In this document: positions 45,339 to 54,935 of the stretch, piece by piece
How positions within the stretch are numbered: position 1 is the first letter of the stretch
How the letters are laid out: every line of letters starts with the position of its first letter
NCBI GenBank assembly: GCA_050248855.1
Contig: JBFWRP010000020.1
Span: 1 to 64,000 of the forward strand
Reading direction: 5' to 3'
DNA from: Planctomycetota bacterium
GTDB taxonomy: Bacteria; Planctomycetota; PLA2; JAEUHO01
DNA: 64,000 nucleotides
Notes under the pieces: generated by a model
The model's database searches: none
What the model saw: only the letters and a program-made list of their open reading frames with translations
Told to the model about the DNA's origin: nothing
Program-made: the position numbers and the translations under genes

Positions 45339-48032
45339 ATGCGCCATCGAAGCCGGCGAGATCTCCAAGCGCCTGCAGCAACCGTGCAGCGCGCCTCGGC
45401 GCGTCCCAGCTGGGGGTGGCGCGGCTTCGTGTCCGCGATCGCGGTAGGCCTCATCGCCGGGGGGCTGGGTGGGCACCCGTGTGCACGGGCCGCCGACGAC
45501 CCGCCCGCGGCGGAAGGCGACGCCTTCGCGTGGACGGCGGTCACGGAAGGCTTGGCCGTGTACGGCATCTCGGGCCTCGTGCCCCACGCGACCGACGGCG
45601 ATCGCGCCTTCGCGCACGTCCATGGCATGGGCGTGGCCGAGACCCGCGACCGCGGCGTCACGTGGCGCGTGCTGGCGGGAGCTCCTTCGTGCACGCCGGA
45701 CACGCACGTCAAGATCACGCTCGACCCGAAGGAGCAGGGCGTGATGTACGTCGTGGCCGACGGTCGCGTGCACAAGAGCGAGGACGACGGCGCCACGTTC
45801 CGCGACATCACCTCGGGCAGCCTGGCGGCCTACACCTGGGACAAGCGCCAGACCAGCTACCTCGGCTGCCAAGTCGTGATCGACGCCAAGAAGAGCAACT
45901 CGTTGCTCGTCGGCACGCGTGGTGACGGTTGGCACCACGGGGGCCTGTACCAGAGCACGGACGGCGGCAAGACGTGGGAGGTCGTCGCGGGCTCGGACGT
46001 GGCGGACTCGCCGCTGGGCACGGACGTGCCGTGGGTGCGGCGCGACCCCAAGACCGACAAGAACATCGCCGCCATCGGCCGCTCGGCTCTCTATTACAGC
46101 GAGAAGAGCGGGACGCTGTTCAAGCGCTTGGCCCTGGGTGGCAAGGTGCCGCGACCGTACGACATCCGCGCCGTCTCCGACTCCAGCGGCGGTCGCGACC
46201 TGTACCTGAGCGACGTGCGCGGCGTCTGGTACAGCAAGGACGCGGGCAAGAGCTGGTCCAAGGACCCGGTGGTCGAGGAGGAGGCCCTCGCGGCCGAGCC
46301 CGACCCGCACGCGCGGCGCGTGTTCGTCGCGCTGTCCGGACCGGGTCTCTGCGTGTTCGACAAGGGCAAGACCGAGCCCGTGGGCGGCGAGGACGCCGAG
46401 GATCCGGGCTATGCCAACGCGGAGATCCGCGAGATCGCTCCCCACCCGCGGGATCGCAAGCTGGTCTATGCCGCTTCACCCGTGTCGGGCCTCTGGCGCA
46501 GCGACGACGACGGCCTCACGTTCACGCACCTCGTCGGCACCGTGCCCCAGGTCACCGACCGACTGAGCCACATCGCCAGCCACGCGGCCGGCGCCCACCC
46601 GCACTTGGCCGTCAATCGTCTGGGGCGTGTCTACCGCTCGACGGACCACGGCAGCACGTGGTCGTACGTCGGACGCGTCGGGACGGTCGTCCACGATCTG
46701 GTGGCGGGCCTCGAGGCCGGCACGTGGTGGGCCGCCGGTCGGCATCTCATGCGATCGACGGACGACGGCGCGACCTGGGAGGTCGCGTTCGCCACGCCCC
46801 CCGAGGATGACTCCGCCACGCGCGTGGTCGTCCACGCGAGCGGGGCCGTGTACGCGCTGCTGCGCCAGACGGGCCGCGTGGTCCGTTCCGTGGACGGGGT
46901 GACGTGGGAGTGCCCCAAGGCCAAGGAAGCGCCGCTCGATGGCACCACGCCGGCCGTGGACTTCGACGTGGACCCGAACGACCCGAAGCACGTCGTGATG
47001 GCGGCGGCGACCTCCAACGAGCGCTGGGTTCCGGCCGACCTGAGCGGCGGCGTCTACGAGAGCTTCGACGGGGGCGTCGAGTGGACGCCGATCCACGCGA
47101 CGCTGCTGCCGCGCAAGAGCGCACCGGCCGAGGCGCAGCGCCGAGCGGCGTGGTGGAACCATGCCGCTTTCGTCCGCTTCGACCCTGGCACGGGTCTGCT
47201 CCTCTACGGCGCCCACCGCCGTGGCGTGCTCGCCCGACGCTCGTTGCCGGCGGACATGCCCGCCGCCGAGCGCAAGAGCGCCTTCCAGGGCTGGGTCGAC
47301 GTCTCGCCCGCGGAGGCGGTCCGGCCCGCTGCGGACGCGGTGATCACGGCCATCTGCCTGGATCGCTTGGGGGCCGATGGCGAGAAGCCCGCGACGACGC
47401 GCTGGGTGGTGCAGCTCGAGGCCGTGACCGGAGCCACGACCACGATCTCGCTGGGCAGCGATGACCTCTTGGCCGCCTGGGAGACGGGGCGTGCCAACGC
47501 CACGCCGCCCAACAAGGAAGAGCCCCCCTCCGCGGCCGTCTGGACGCAGGAGGTCGACCCGGGGGTCGCCGTGGCGGACATGGTGGCCGATGCCCCGCAC
47601 GCGGGTCGCCGCCTGGCCGTGGACGGTCGGGGTCGGCGCGGCGTCCTCGTCTGGGAGCGGCCCGGCATGACCGCCCCGCCCCCCGAGGAGCCCGTGGAGG
47701 AGCCCACGGACGAGCCCGTCGCGCCGGGAGACGCACCCTCGCCGGGCGAGCCCGTGCCCCCGGCTCCTGGCGAGCCGGGTGCCGGACCGGAGCCTGGGAG
47801 GGAGCCCGCGGCCCCCGGCGACCCCGCGAAGGACCCGGCGGCGCCGGGTACGCCGGCACCGGACGCCCCCGCGCCGCCGGGGGACGCCCCTGCGAAGGAT
47901 CCTGCGCCGCCGCAGGACCCGGCGCCCCAGGATCCGGCGCCCCAGGATCCCGCACCCCCGCAGGATCCTGCACCTCCGCAGGAGCCCGTGCCGGACGACC
48001 CGCCTGCGGGCGGAGCTCCCTCCGGCTCGTAG
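45339..48032 (+). CDS. exported BNR/Asp-box repeat (VPS10/GH74-like beta-propeller) protein with Pro-rich tail
   Basis: About 8 S.D.G.TW/F Asp-box motifs. C-terminal (Q/K)DPAP(P) repeats. Confidence 0.82.
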   Translation: MRHRSRRDLQAPAATVQRASARPSWGWRGFVSAIAVGLIAGGLGGHPCARAADDPPAAEGDAFAWTAVTEGLAVYGISGLVPHATDGDRAFAHVHGMGVAETRDRGVTWRVLAGAPSCTPDTHVKITLDPKEQGVMYVVADGRVHKSEDDGATFRDITSGSLAAYTWDKRQTSYLGCQVVIDAKKSNSLLVGTRGDGWHHGGLYQSTDGGKTWEVVAGSDVADSPLGTDVPWVRRDPKTDKNIAAIGRSALYYSEKSGTLFKRLALGGKVPRPYDIRAVSDSSGGRDLYLSDVRGVWYSKDAGKSWSKDPVVEEEALAAEPDPHARRVFVALSGPGLCVFDKGKTEPVGGEDAEDPGYANAEIREIAPHPRDRKLVYAASPVSGLWRSDDDGLTFTHLVGTVPQVTDRLSHIASHAAGAHPHLAVNRLGRVYRSTDHGSTWSYVGRVGTVVHDLVAGLEAGTWWAAGRHLMRSTDDGATWEVAFATPPEDDSATRVVVHASGAVYALLRQTGRVVRSVDGVTWECPKAKEAPLDGTTPAVDFDVDPNDPKHVVMAAATSNERWVPADLSGGVYESFDGGVEWTPIHATLLPRKSAPAEAQRRAAWWNHAAFVRFDPGTGLLLYGAHRRGVLARRSLPADMPAAERKSAFQGWVDVSPAEAVRPAADAVITAICLDRLGADGEKPATTRWVVQLEAVTGATTTISLGSDDLLAAWETGRANATPPNKEEPPSAAVWTQEVDPGVAVADMVADAPHAGRRLAVDGRGRRGVLVWERPGMTAPPPEEPVEEPTDEPVAPGDAPSPGEPVPPAPGEPGAGPEPGREPAAPGDPAKDPAAPGTPAPDAPAPPGDAPAKDPAPPQDPAPQDPAPQDPAPPQDPAPPQEPVPDDPPAGGAPSGS

Positions 48033-48044
48033 GGGCACACCCCG

Positions 48045-48218
48045 GGGGCCGTCCGAGAGCCCCTCCTGCTTCGGCCACCGGGTCCCTCGCTGCGCCACGG
48101 CAGAGCTCGAATCCCGGTCCACTACGGTCAGGAGACGGCCTCCGGCCCGCCTTCCCGTCGTGCCCGTGGCTCGCTTCGGCCCCGGCGCCCTCGCGACGGA
48201 GTGTCTTCCGACAGACGC
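48045..48218 (+). mobile_element. 174-bp MITE-like repeat, copy 4
   Basis: Aligns end to end with 90-263. Its last base overlaps the leuS TAG stop. Confidence 0.8.
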
Positions 48219-50794
48219 TAACGAGGCTTCGCGCCCAAGACGACGAGGCGGCCGGGGACGACCCGGCGCTGCGTCACCTGCATGCCCTCGAGCGCACGGA
48301 CGACGCCCTCCAGGGCCAGCGCCGCGGCGAGGATCGCGTCGTCACCGGCGTCGGCGGCCACGGTGAGGCGGCCGCGGACCTTCCCGTTGACCTGGACGGC
48401 AAGCTCGACCTCGTCGGCGACGAGCGCCGCTTCGTCGAAGGACGGCCACGAGGCCGTGGACGCCCAACCGGGGAAACCCGTGCTGGTGGCGGCCAGATGC
48501 GACCACAGCTCGTCGGCAACGTGCGGCGCGAACGGGCTCAGCATGGGCAGGAACGCTGCCAGCATCTCCTCGGGCACGACGTCCAGCTCGCCCATGCCGT
48601 TCAGCATGACCATCAGCTTGCTGATCGCCGTGTTGTAGGCCATCTGCTCCATGTCGCGGGTCATGCCCGCGATCGTGCCGTGGAGGAGCCTCCGCGCCGC
48701 GCCCTCGGCCGGCGCCGACGTGCGCGGCTTGGCGGGGCCGTGGCTGTCGCCCATGACGAGACGCCACAGGCGATGCAGGAAGCGCGTGATGCCGTGGATC
48801 CCCGCATGGTCCCAGACCTTGTCGTCCTCGGGGGGACCCATGAACAGGATGTACAGACGCAGGGCGTCGGCGCCGTACTGCTCGACCAGATCGTCCGGGT
48901 TGGCCACGTTGAAGGCCGACTTGCTCATCTTCATGACGACGCGCTCGACGGGCTCCCCGGTCTCGCGCTGCACCCACGTGCCATCCGCTCGTTGCGTGAC
49001 CTCGGCGGGCGGCACGTAGCGCCCGGTGGAGGCTGCATCGGCCTCGATGCGCTTGTAGGCCGGCGCCGTGATCATGCCTTGGTTGACGAGACGCTGGAAC
49101 GGCTCGGGCGTGCTCACGAGACCCGCGTCGAACAGCACCTTGTGCCAGAAGCGCGCGTACAGCAGGTGCAGGACGGCATGCTCGACGCCGCCGACGTACA
49201 CGTCGACCGGCATCCACGCCTTCTCGGCCGCCTCGTCGACGAACCGGTCGGTGCAGTGGGGACTGATGTAGCGCAGGTAGTACCAGCAGGAGCCGGCCCA
49301 CTGCGGCATGGTGTTCGTCTCGCGGCGGGCGGGTGACCCGTCGCGCGGGTCCGTCGTCTCGACCCACGACGGGATGCCCGCCAGCGGGCTCTCCCCCGTG
49401 CCCGTCGGCTCGTAGCGCGCCACGTCGGGCAGCGTGACGGGCAGCGCGTCCTCGCCGAGCAGGACCGTCTCGCCGTCGGCCCGGTGGATGACCGGGAAGG
49501 GTTCCCCCCAGTAGCGCTGACGGGAGAACAGCCAGTCGCGCAGCTTGTACGTGATGCGCGCCCGTCCGTGGCCGGACGCCTCCAGCTGGGCGATCACCGT
49601 GCGCTTGGCTGCGGCGTTGTCCTGCCCATCGAGCGGACCGCTGTTCACGTGCGGGCCGTCGCCTTCGTAGGCCGCCACGGTCACGTCGCCGCCGGCGACG
49701 ACCTCGCGAATGGGCAGGTCGAAGGCCCGCGCGAAGTCGTGGTCGCGCTGGTCGTGACCCGGCACGGCCATGACGGCACCCGTGCCGTAGCCCAGCAGGA
49801 CGTAGTCGGCCACCCAGATCGGGAGGCGCTCCCCGTTGACCGGGTTGATCGCGTACGCCCCCGTGGGCTCGCCCGTCTTCTCGCGGACGTCGGCCATCCG
49901 GTCGCGCTCCGACCGACGCGCGGCCCGCTCCACGTAGGCGGTCACGGCACCCGCTTGGGCCGGTGTCGTGATGGCAGCGACCAACGGGTGCTCGGGGGCC
50001 AGCGCGCAGTACGTGGCGCCATGGAGCGTGTCGGGGCGCGTGGTGAACACGGTGAACGACGCGTCGCGACCTTCGATGGCGAAGGTGATCTCGGCGCCCT
50101 CGCTGCGCCCGATCCACTGGCGCTGCATCTCCTTCAGCGACTCGGGCCAGTCCACCAGGTCCAGGTCGTCCAGCAGGCGCTGCGCGTACGCCGTGATCTT
50201 CAGCAGCCATTGCCGCATCGGGCGCTGCACGACGGGGTGGCCGCCGCGCTCGCTCTTGCCGTCGATGACCTCCTCGTTGGCCAGGACCGTGCCCAGGGCC
50301 TCGCACCAGTTGACGGGCACGTCGGCCTCGTAGGCCAGGCCACGTTCGTAGAGCACGCGGAAGATCCACTGCGTCCAGCGGTAGTAGTCGGGGTCGGTCG
50401 TGTCGATTTCACGCGACCAGTCGTAGGACCAGCCCATGCGCTGCATCTGGCCCTTGAACGTGGCCACGTTGCGGTCCACGGCGGTGCGCGGATGCACGCC
50501 ATGGCGGATGGCGTACTGCTCGGCGGGAAGCCCGAACGCGTCCCAGCCGGTGGGGTGGAGCACGTCGTAGCCCTGCAGGCGGGCGTGCCGCGCGATCACG
50601 TCGGAGATCGTGTAGATCTCCGCGTGTCCCATGTGCAGGCCGGCCCCCGACGGGTACGGGAACATGTCGAGCACGTAGCGCTTCGGCCGGCCGTCCCCGC
50701 GGGCGCGATGGCTGCCCGCCTCGTCCCAGCGCTCCCGCCACCGGGGCTCGATCGCGGCGGGGTCGTAGCCGCCTTCTTCCCTGCCGCCGGACAT
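48218..50794 (-). CDS. leuS: leucine--tRNA ligase
   Basis: Motifs MFPYPSGAGLHMGH, FTTRPDT, RDWLFSRQRYWG and KMSKS. AAGGAG RBS. Confidence 0.97.
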   Translation of the reverse strand: MSGGREEGGYDPAAIEPRWRERWDEAGSHRARGDGRPKRYVLDMFPYPSGAGLHMGHAEIYTISDVIARHARLQGYDVLHPTGWDAFGLPAEQYAIRHGVHPRTAVDRNVATFKGQMQRMGWSYDWSREIDTTDPDYYRWTQWIFRVLYERGLAYEADVPVNWCEALGTVLANEEVIDGKSERGGHPVVQRPMRQWLLKITAYAQRLLDDLDLVDWPESLKEMQRQWIGRSEGAEITFAIEGRDASFTVFTTRPDTLHGATYCALAPEHPLVAAITTPAQAGAVTAYVERAARRSERDRMADVREKTGEPTGAYAINPVNGERLPIWVADYVLLGYGTGAVMAVPGHDQRDHDFARAFDLPIREVVAGGDVTVAAYEGDGPHVNSGPLDGQDNAAAKRTVIAQLEASGHGRARITYKLRDWLFSRQRYWGEPFPVIHRADGETVLLGEDALPVTLPDVARYEPTGTGESPLAGIPSWVETTDPRDGSPARRETNTMPQWAGSCWYYLRYISPHCTDRFVDEAAEKAWMPVDVYVGGVEHAVLHLLYARFWHKVLFDAGLVSTPEPFQRLVNQGMITAPAYKRIEADAASTGRYVPPAEVTQRADGTWVQRETGEPVERVVMKMSKSAFNVANPDDLVEQYGADALRLYILFMGPPEDDKVWDHAGIHGITRFLHRLWRLVMGDSHGPAKPRTSAPAEGAARRLLHGTIAGMTRDMEQMAYNTAISKLMVMLNGMGELDVVPEEMLAAFLPMLSPFAPHVADELWSHLAATSTGFPGWASTASWPSFDEAALVADEVELAVQVNGKVRGRLTVAADAGDDAILAAALALEGVVRALEGMQVTQRRVVPGRLVVLGAKPR

Positions 50795-50897
50795 GGTCTT
50801 CTCCTTCGCTCGGACGCCCTTTGACGTCGGGCGAGCCGCAGAGGGTACCGATGTACGGGCCGGAGCGGCCGCCTTTGGCGCCGCGCCGTGATGGCTG

Positions 50898-51070
50898 GCC
50901 CGCGTCTGCAGACACGCCGTGGCGCGGGCGCCGGGGCCGAAGCGAGCCGCGGGCACGACGGGAAGGCGGGCCGGAAGCGGTCCCCTGGGCGTCGCGGACG
51001 CGGATTCGAGCTGGGCCGTGGTGCCGCAAGCGGCGCGGTGGCCGCAGCAGGAGGGCTCTCCCGACGGACC
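50898..51070 (-). mobile_element. 174-bp MITE-like repeat, copy 5 (inverted, more diverged)
   Basis: The reverse complement aligns with 90-263 and 48045-48218. It abuts the permease TGA stop. Confidence 0.75.
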
Positions 51071-52342
51071 TCAGGCGTGGCGCAGGGCTTCGACGGGGTC
51101 GAGGCGGGCGGCGCGCATGGCGGGGTAGATGCCGAAGACGAGGCCGATGCCGGCGGCGATGCCGAAGGCCAGGCCCAGGAACCAGGGATCCACGATCGTC
51201 TGGAGGCCGAACACCGTCGTGAGGACGTGGGGGAGCAGGATGCTCAAGCCCATCCCTAGCGTGCCGCCGATGGCGCAGAGCACCACGGTCTCCGCCAGGA
51301 ACTGCAGGACGATGTGCCGGCGCTTGGCGCCGAGCGCGCGGCGGATGCCGATCTCGCGCGTCCGCTCCACGACGCTGGCCAGCATGATGTTCATGATGCC
51401 GATCCCGCCGACGAGGAGGCTGATGCCGGCAATCGTGCCCAGGATCAGCGTCCAGCGGGCGCGCGTCTCGCGCGCTTCGCGCAACAGCTCGAGCGGCACC
51501 GTCAGGCGCACGTCCTCTTGCGGGTGGCCGTCCTCCAACAGGCGGCGCAGGGCGCCGGCCACGCGGCCCACCGTGGCCTCGTCGCCGCGCGCCGCACGCA
51601 CGGTGATCCGGTGCAGCTCGACCTCTTCCCGGTTCCGACTGCCACCGCGGTTGTCCACGATGATGCTGCCGTAGCGCTCGCGCATCGTGCTCCACGGGAT
51701 GAGGATGGCCGCATCGCTCTCGCCACCGAGGCCGGCGGTGCCGCCGGTACCTTCGCCGCGCATCGCGAGGACGCCCACCACGCGGTAGGCGTTGTCCCCG
51801 ACGTGCAGGTCGCGGCCGAGCGGGTCCGTGTTGAGGAACAGCCGCTGGGCGACTTCGCTGCCGAGCACGCACACGGCGAGGCGGTTCGCCTCGTCGGCCA
51901 AGGACAGGAAGCGCCCTCGAGCCACGACGAGGTTGGCGACCGCCTCGTAGTCCGGCGTCGTGCCGAACACGGTGGCGCGCATGCGTCGGGTGGCCACGCG
52001 GGCCTCCACGGGCACGTCGCGGCGGGGGACCGCCATGTCGATCTCGGGGACCGTGGCCTGGATGCGTCGGAGGTCGCGGTGCAGGAGGCCGTACGTGAGG
52101 ACGCGCTGGTTGGCCCCCGTGCCGCTGGCCGGCTCGCTCGGCTTGACGCTGGCCAGCAGCAGGTTGTTGCTGCCCATGCGCCGGATCTGTTCCTGCGCGG
52201 CCTGGCTCTCGCCCTCGCCGATGGCGAGCATCGTGACCACGGCCGCCACGCCGAACACGACGCCGGACACGGTGAGCAACGAGCGCAGCTTGTGCTCGGC
52301 GATGCTCTTCCAGGCGAGCGCGAGCAGGCGTCCCGGCCTCAT
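51071..52342 (-). CDS. MacB-like ABC transporter permease
   Basis: Motifs KLRSLLT..G...GVAAV, GGIGIMNIMLASVVERTREIGIRRALGA and AARLDPVEALR. Confidence 0.92.
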   Translation of the reverse strand: MRPGRLLALAWKSIAEHKLRSLLTVSGVVFGVAAVVTMLAIGEGESQAAQEQIRRMGSNNLLLASVKPSEPASGTGANQRVLTYGLLHRDLRRIQATVPEIDMAVPRRDVPVEARVATRRMRATVFGTTPDYEAVANLVVARGRFLSLADEANRLAVCVLGSEVAQRLFLNTDPLGRDLHVGDNAYRVVGVLAMRGEGTGGTAGLGGESDAAILIPWSTMRERYGSIIVDNRGGSRNREEVELHRITVRAARGDEATVGRVAGALRRLLEDGHPQEDVRLTVPLELLREARETRARWTLILGTIAGISLLVGGIGIMNIMLASVVERTREIGIRRALGAKRRHIVLQFLAETVVLCAIGGTLGMGLSILLPHVLTTVFGLQTIVDPWFLGLAFGIAAGIGLVFGIYPAMRAARLDPVEALRHA

Positions 52343-53043
52343 CGTGCCGCGCTCCCCACGGCGCGCTGTTCCTCACGCGCGATGCGACCGTCCAGCATGT
52401 GGATCGTGCGATGGGCGCGGGCGGCGACCTTGCGGTCGTGCGTCACGACGATCAACGTCCGGCCTTCGGCGGCCAGGGCATCGAGGAGGTCCAGGATCTC
52501 CAGTCCCGTGGCCGAGTCGAGGTTGCCGGTCGGCTCGTCCGCGAGCAGCAGGGAAGGGTCGTTGGCCAGGGCGCGGGCGATGGCGACGCGCTGCTGCTGC
52601 CCGCCAGAGAGCTCCGCGGGCCGGTGCCGGAGGCGTCCGCCCAGCCCCAAGCGCGTGGCCAGCTGCGTCGACCGCCTGCGGGCGTCGGCGGGTCGCGTGC
52701 CCGCGTACTCCATGGGCACCTCGACGTTCTCCAGGACGGTGAGGTGGGGGATGAGGTTGTAGGACTGGAAGACGAACCCGAGTCGCCGGTTGCGTTCGTG
52801 GCTCAGCTGATCGTCTTCGAGGCGCGACACGTCCTTGCCGTCGAGCTCGTAGCTGCCGCTCGTGAGGCGGTCCAGGCAGCCGAGGATGTTGAGCAGCGTG
52901 GACTTCCCGGAGCCGGACTGGCCCATGATGGCGAGGTACTGGCCGCGCGGCACGACGAGGTCGAGCCCGTCGAGTGCGTGGACTTCCTCCTCGCCCATGC
53001 GGTACGTCCGCCGGGCCTGCGTCAGGCGGACGACGTCGCTCAT
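52339..53043 (-). CDS. MacB-like ABC transporter ATP-binding protein
   Basis: Motifs GQSGSGKS, LSGGQQQRVAIARAL and DEPTGNLD. Confidence 0.93.
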   Translation of the reverse strand: MSDVVRLTQARRTYRMGEEEVHALDGLDLVVPRGQYLAIMGQSGSGKSTLLNILGCLDRLTSGSYELDGKDVSRLEDDQLSHERNRRLGFVFQSYNLIPHLTVLENVEVPMEYAGTRPADARRRSTQLATRLGLGGRLRHRPAELSGGQQQRVAIARALANDPSLLLADEPTGNLDSATGLEILDLLDALAAEGRTLIVVTHDRKVAARAHRTIHMLDGRIAREEQRAVGSAAR

Positions 53044-54935
53044 CGACCGCGGCGCCCTCGCGAGCCGCCGGCGCTGGAGCTGCCTTCTGCCTCTCCCGTG
53101 CCTGCCGGGGAGGCCGGCGAGCCGCCCTCCGCGGGGCCGCCTTGGGGCTTGCCGCCTGGGGCGGGGTCTTCGGCGCTGCCCGGTGTCTCGCCGCGGCGCG
53201 GGGCCTCCGGCGGGGGGTTCAAGACCACGCGGTCCTGCGGCTCGAGACCCGTCTCGACGACGACGACGACGTCGGTGGCGGGGCCGAGCGTGACGTCTTG
53301 CCGCCGGATGCCGCCCCGGCCGTCGTCGACCCACACCGCAGGGCGGTGCGGCGGGCCCACGATGGCCTGCACCGGTACCGACAGAGCCCCCTCGACCACG
53401 CCGGTGAGGATCTCCACGCTCGCCGTCATGCCCGGCTTGAGCTCGGGGTGGCTGCCCTGGATCTCGATCGTGGTGGGGTAGACCTTGCGGTCCGGGTTCC
53501 ACCAGCGGTCCGAGGCGCTCGGCATGCGGGCCACGTCGGTCACGTGACCCTCGAGACGGCGGCCGTCCTGCGCGTCCACGGCGATCGTGGCGAGCTGGCC
53601 CTTGCGCACGCGACGCACGACGCTCTCGTGCACATCCACCGTCGCCGCGATGCGGTCCGGGCTCGGGATGCGCAGCAGCGCCTGGCGCTCGCGCACGGTC
53701 GAGCCCTCGCGGATGCGGTCGTCGTCGCCCCAGCGGCGCTCGTTGCCGCTGGAGGCGTAGACGACCATGCCGGCCGTCGTCGCCTTCATCGTGCACAGCT
53801 TGATCTGTCGCTGGAGGTGGGCGAGACGCTCGGTCTGCAGCGTGGCCTGCTCCTCCTTGGCCGACGCCTCGGCCTCGGCGCGTCGTTCGGCGGCGCTTGC
53901 CTTGTCGCGTTCGCGCGCCAGCTCGTCCTGGGCCTCCAGGTAGTCGGAGAGCAGGCGCTGGACTTCCTTGGGGAAGTCGTACGTCGCGAACTGGGCCCTC
54001 GCCGTGACGCTGCGCTCCAGGTCGATCTGGCTGCGCTGGAGCGCGAGGCGGTCCGCGTCGAGCTCCTCGCGCGAGATGAAGCCCTTCTCGGCCAAGCGCT
54101 CGGAGTGGTTCACCTTGTCTTCCGCCCGCCGGCGGACCTCTTCGCCGAGCCGGATCTCGCTTTCCAGCTCGCGGATGCGCTGGCGCGCCTCCCCGTCGAG
54201 GCGATCGTCGGCCAGGAGGGCGCCGTAGTCGCGCTGGCTGTCGACGGCGGCGACGGGGGCGACGCGGGCACCTCCGCCCTCGGGGTCCGGCGTCGTCGCC
54301 AAGTCGGGCCCGGCCAAGTCGAGGGCCAGGCGGCTGCCGACGTAGCGCTCGAGATCGAGGCGTGCGAAGCGCACGGCGAGCTCGGCCTTGCGGATGTCGG
54401 ACTCGTTCTGGCGGCGCTGGATCTCGAGATTGCTGCGCGCGTTTTCCAACGACGCGTTGGCGCTCTTGACTTCGATGTCCTGGCGTCGCACCTGTTCCTC
54501 GAGCTCGCTCGTGTCCAGCTGCACCAGGACGAGCCCGTTCGCGATGTCCTCCTCCGTCACGATGCGGCCTTCGGGGACGATGGAGAGGATCGTCTGGCGG
54601 CCCTCGACCTGGTTGACGATCTCGACGGGCTCGATGCTCTCGAGGCTGCCCTTCTCGACCAGCGTGAGGCGCAGGGTCGTGCGCTCCAGCGGAGGCGTGA
54701 GGCTCCACGTGCCCTGGTCGCCCTCGGTGCCCGCCTGCAGTCGCAGGAGCAGGAGTGCGGCGCCGCCGACGGCCAGCAACAGCAGGACCAACACGAGGCC
54801 AACGCCGCCGCGCTCGCCGCGGCGGCCCGGGCGATCGCCGCCGCGCTCGCCGCGGCGGCCCGGGCGATCGCCGCCGCGCTCGCCGCGGCGGCGGGAGCGG
54901 GCCCGAGGTGTGGGAGAGCGGCCGTCGGACATCAT
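53040..54935 (-). CDS. efflux periplasmic adaptor (MFP/HlyD family) with long coiled coil
   Basis: N-terminal TM, lipoyl-like halves (IVPEG; IREGSTVRERQ) and LKPGMTASVEI. Confidence 0.88.
   Translation of the reverse strand: MMSDGRSPTPRARSRRRGERGGDRPGRRGERGGDRPGRRGERGGVGLVLVLLLLAVGGAALLLLRLQAGTEGDQGTWSLTPPLERTTLRLTLVEKGSLESIEPVEIVNQVEGRQTILSIVPEGRIVTEEDIANGLVLVQLDTSELEEQVRRQDIEVKSANASLENARSNLEIQRRQNESDIRKAELAVRFARLDLERYVGSRLALDLAGPDLATTPDPEGGGARVAPVAAVDSQRDYGALLADDRLDGEARQRIRELESEIRLGEEVRRRAEDKVNHSERLAEKGFISREELDADRLALQRSQIDLERSVTARAQFATYDFPKEVQRLLSDYLEAQDELARERDKASAAERRAEAEASAKEEQATLQTERLAHLQRQIKLCTMKATTAGMVVYASSGNERRWGDDDRIREGSTVRERQALLRIPSPDRIAATVDVHESVVRRVRKGQLATIAVDAQDGRRLEGHVTDVARMPSASDRWWNPDRKVYPTTIEIQGSHPELKPGMTASVEILTGVVEGALSVPVQAIVGPPHRPAVWVDDGRGGIRRQDVTLGPATDVVVVVETGLEPQDRVVLNPPPEAPRRGETPGSAEDPAPGGKPQGGPAEGGSPASPAGTGEAEGSSSAGGSRGRRGR
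54803..54892. repeat. 33-bp in-frame tandem repeat (RRGERGGDRPG x ~2.7) in the adaptor N-terminus
   Basis: Exact 33-nt period. Confidence 0.9.

Noticed and set aside
50795..51070. T-box riboswitch upstream of leuS
   Set aside because: No T-box consensus is visible, and the region is explained by the 174-bp repeat.
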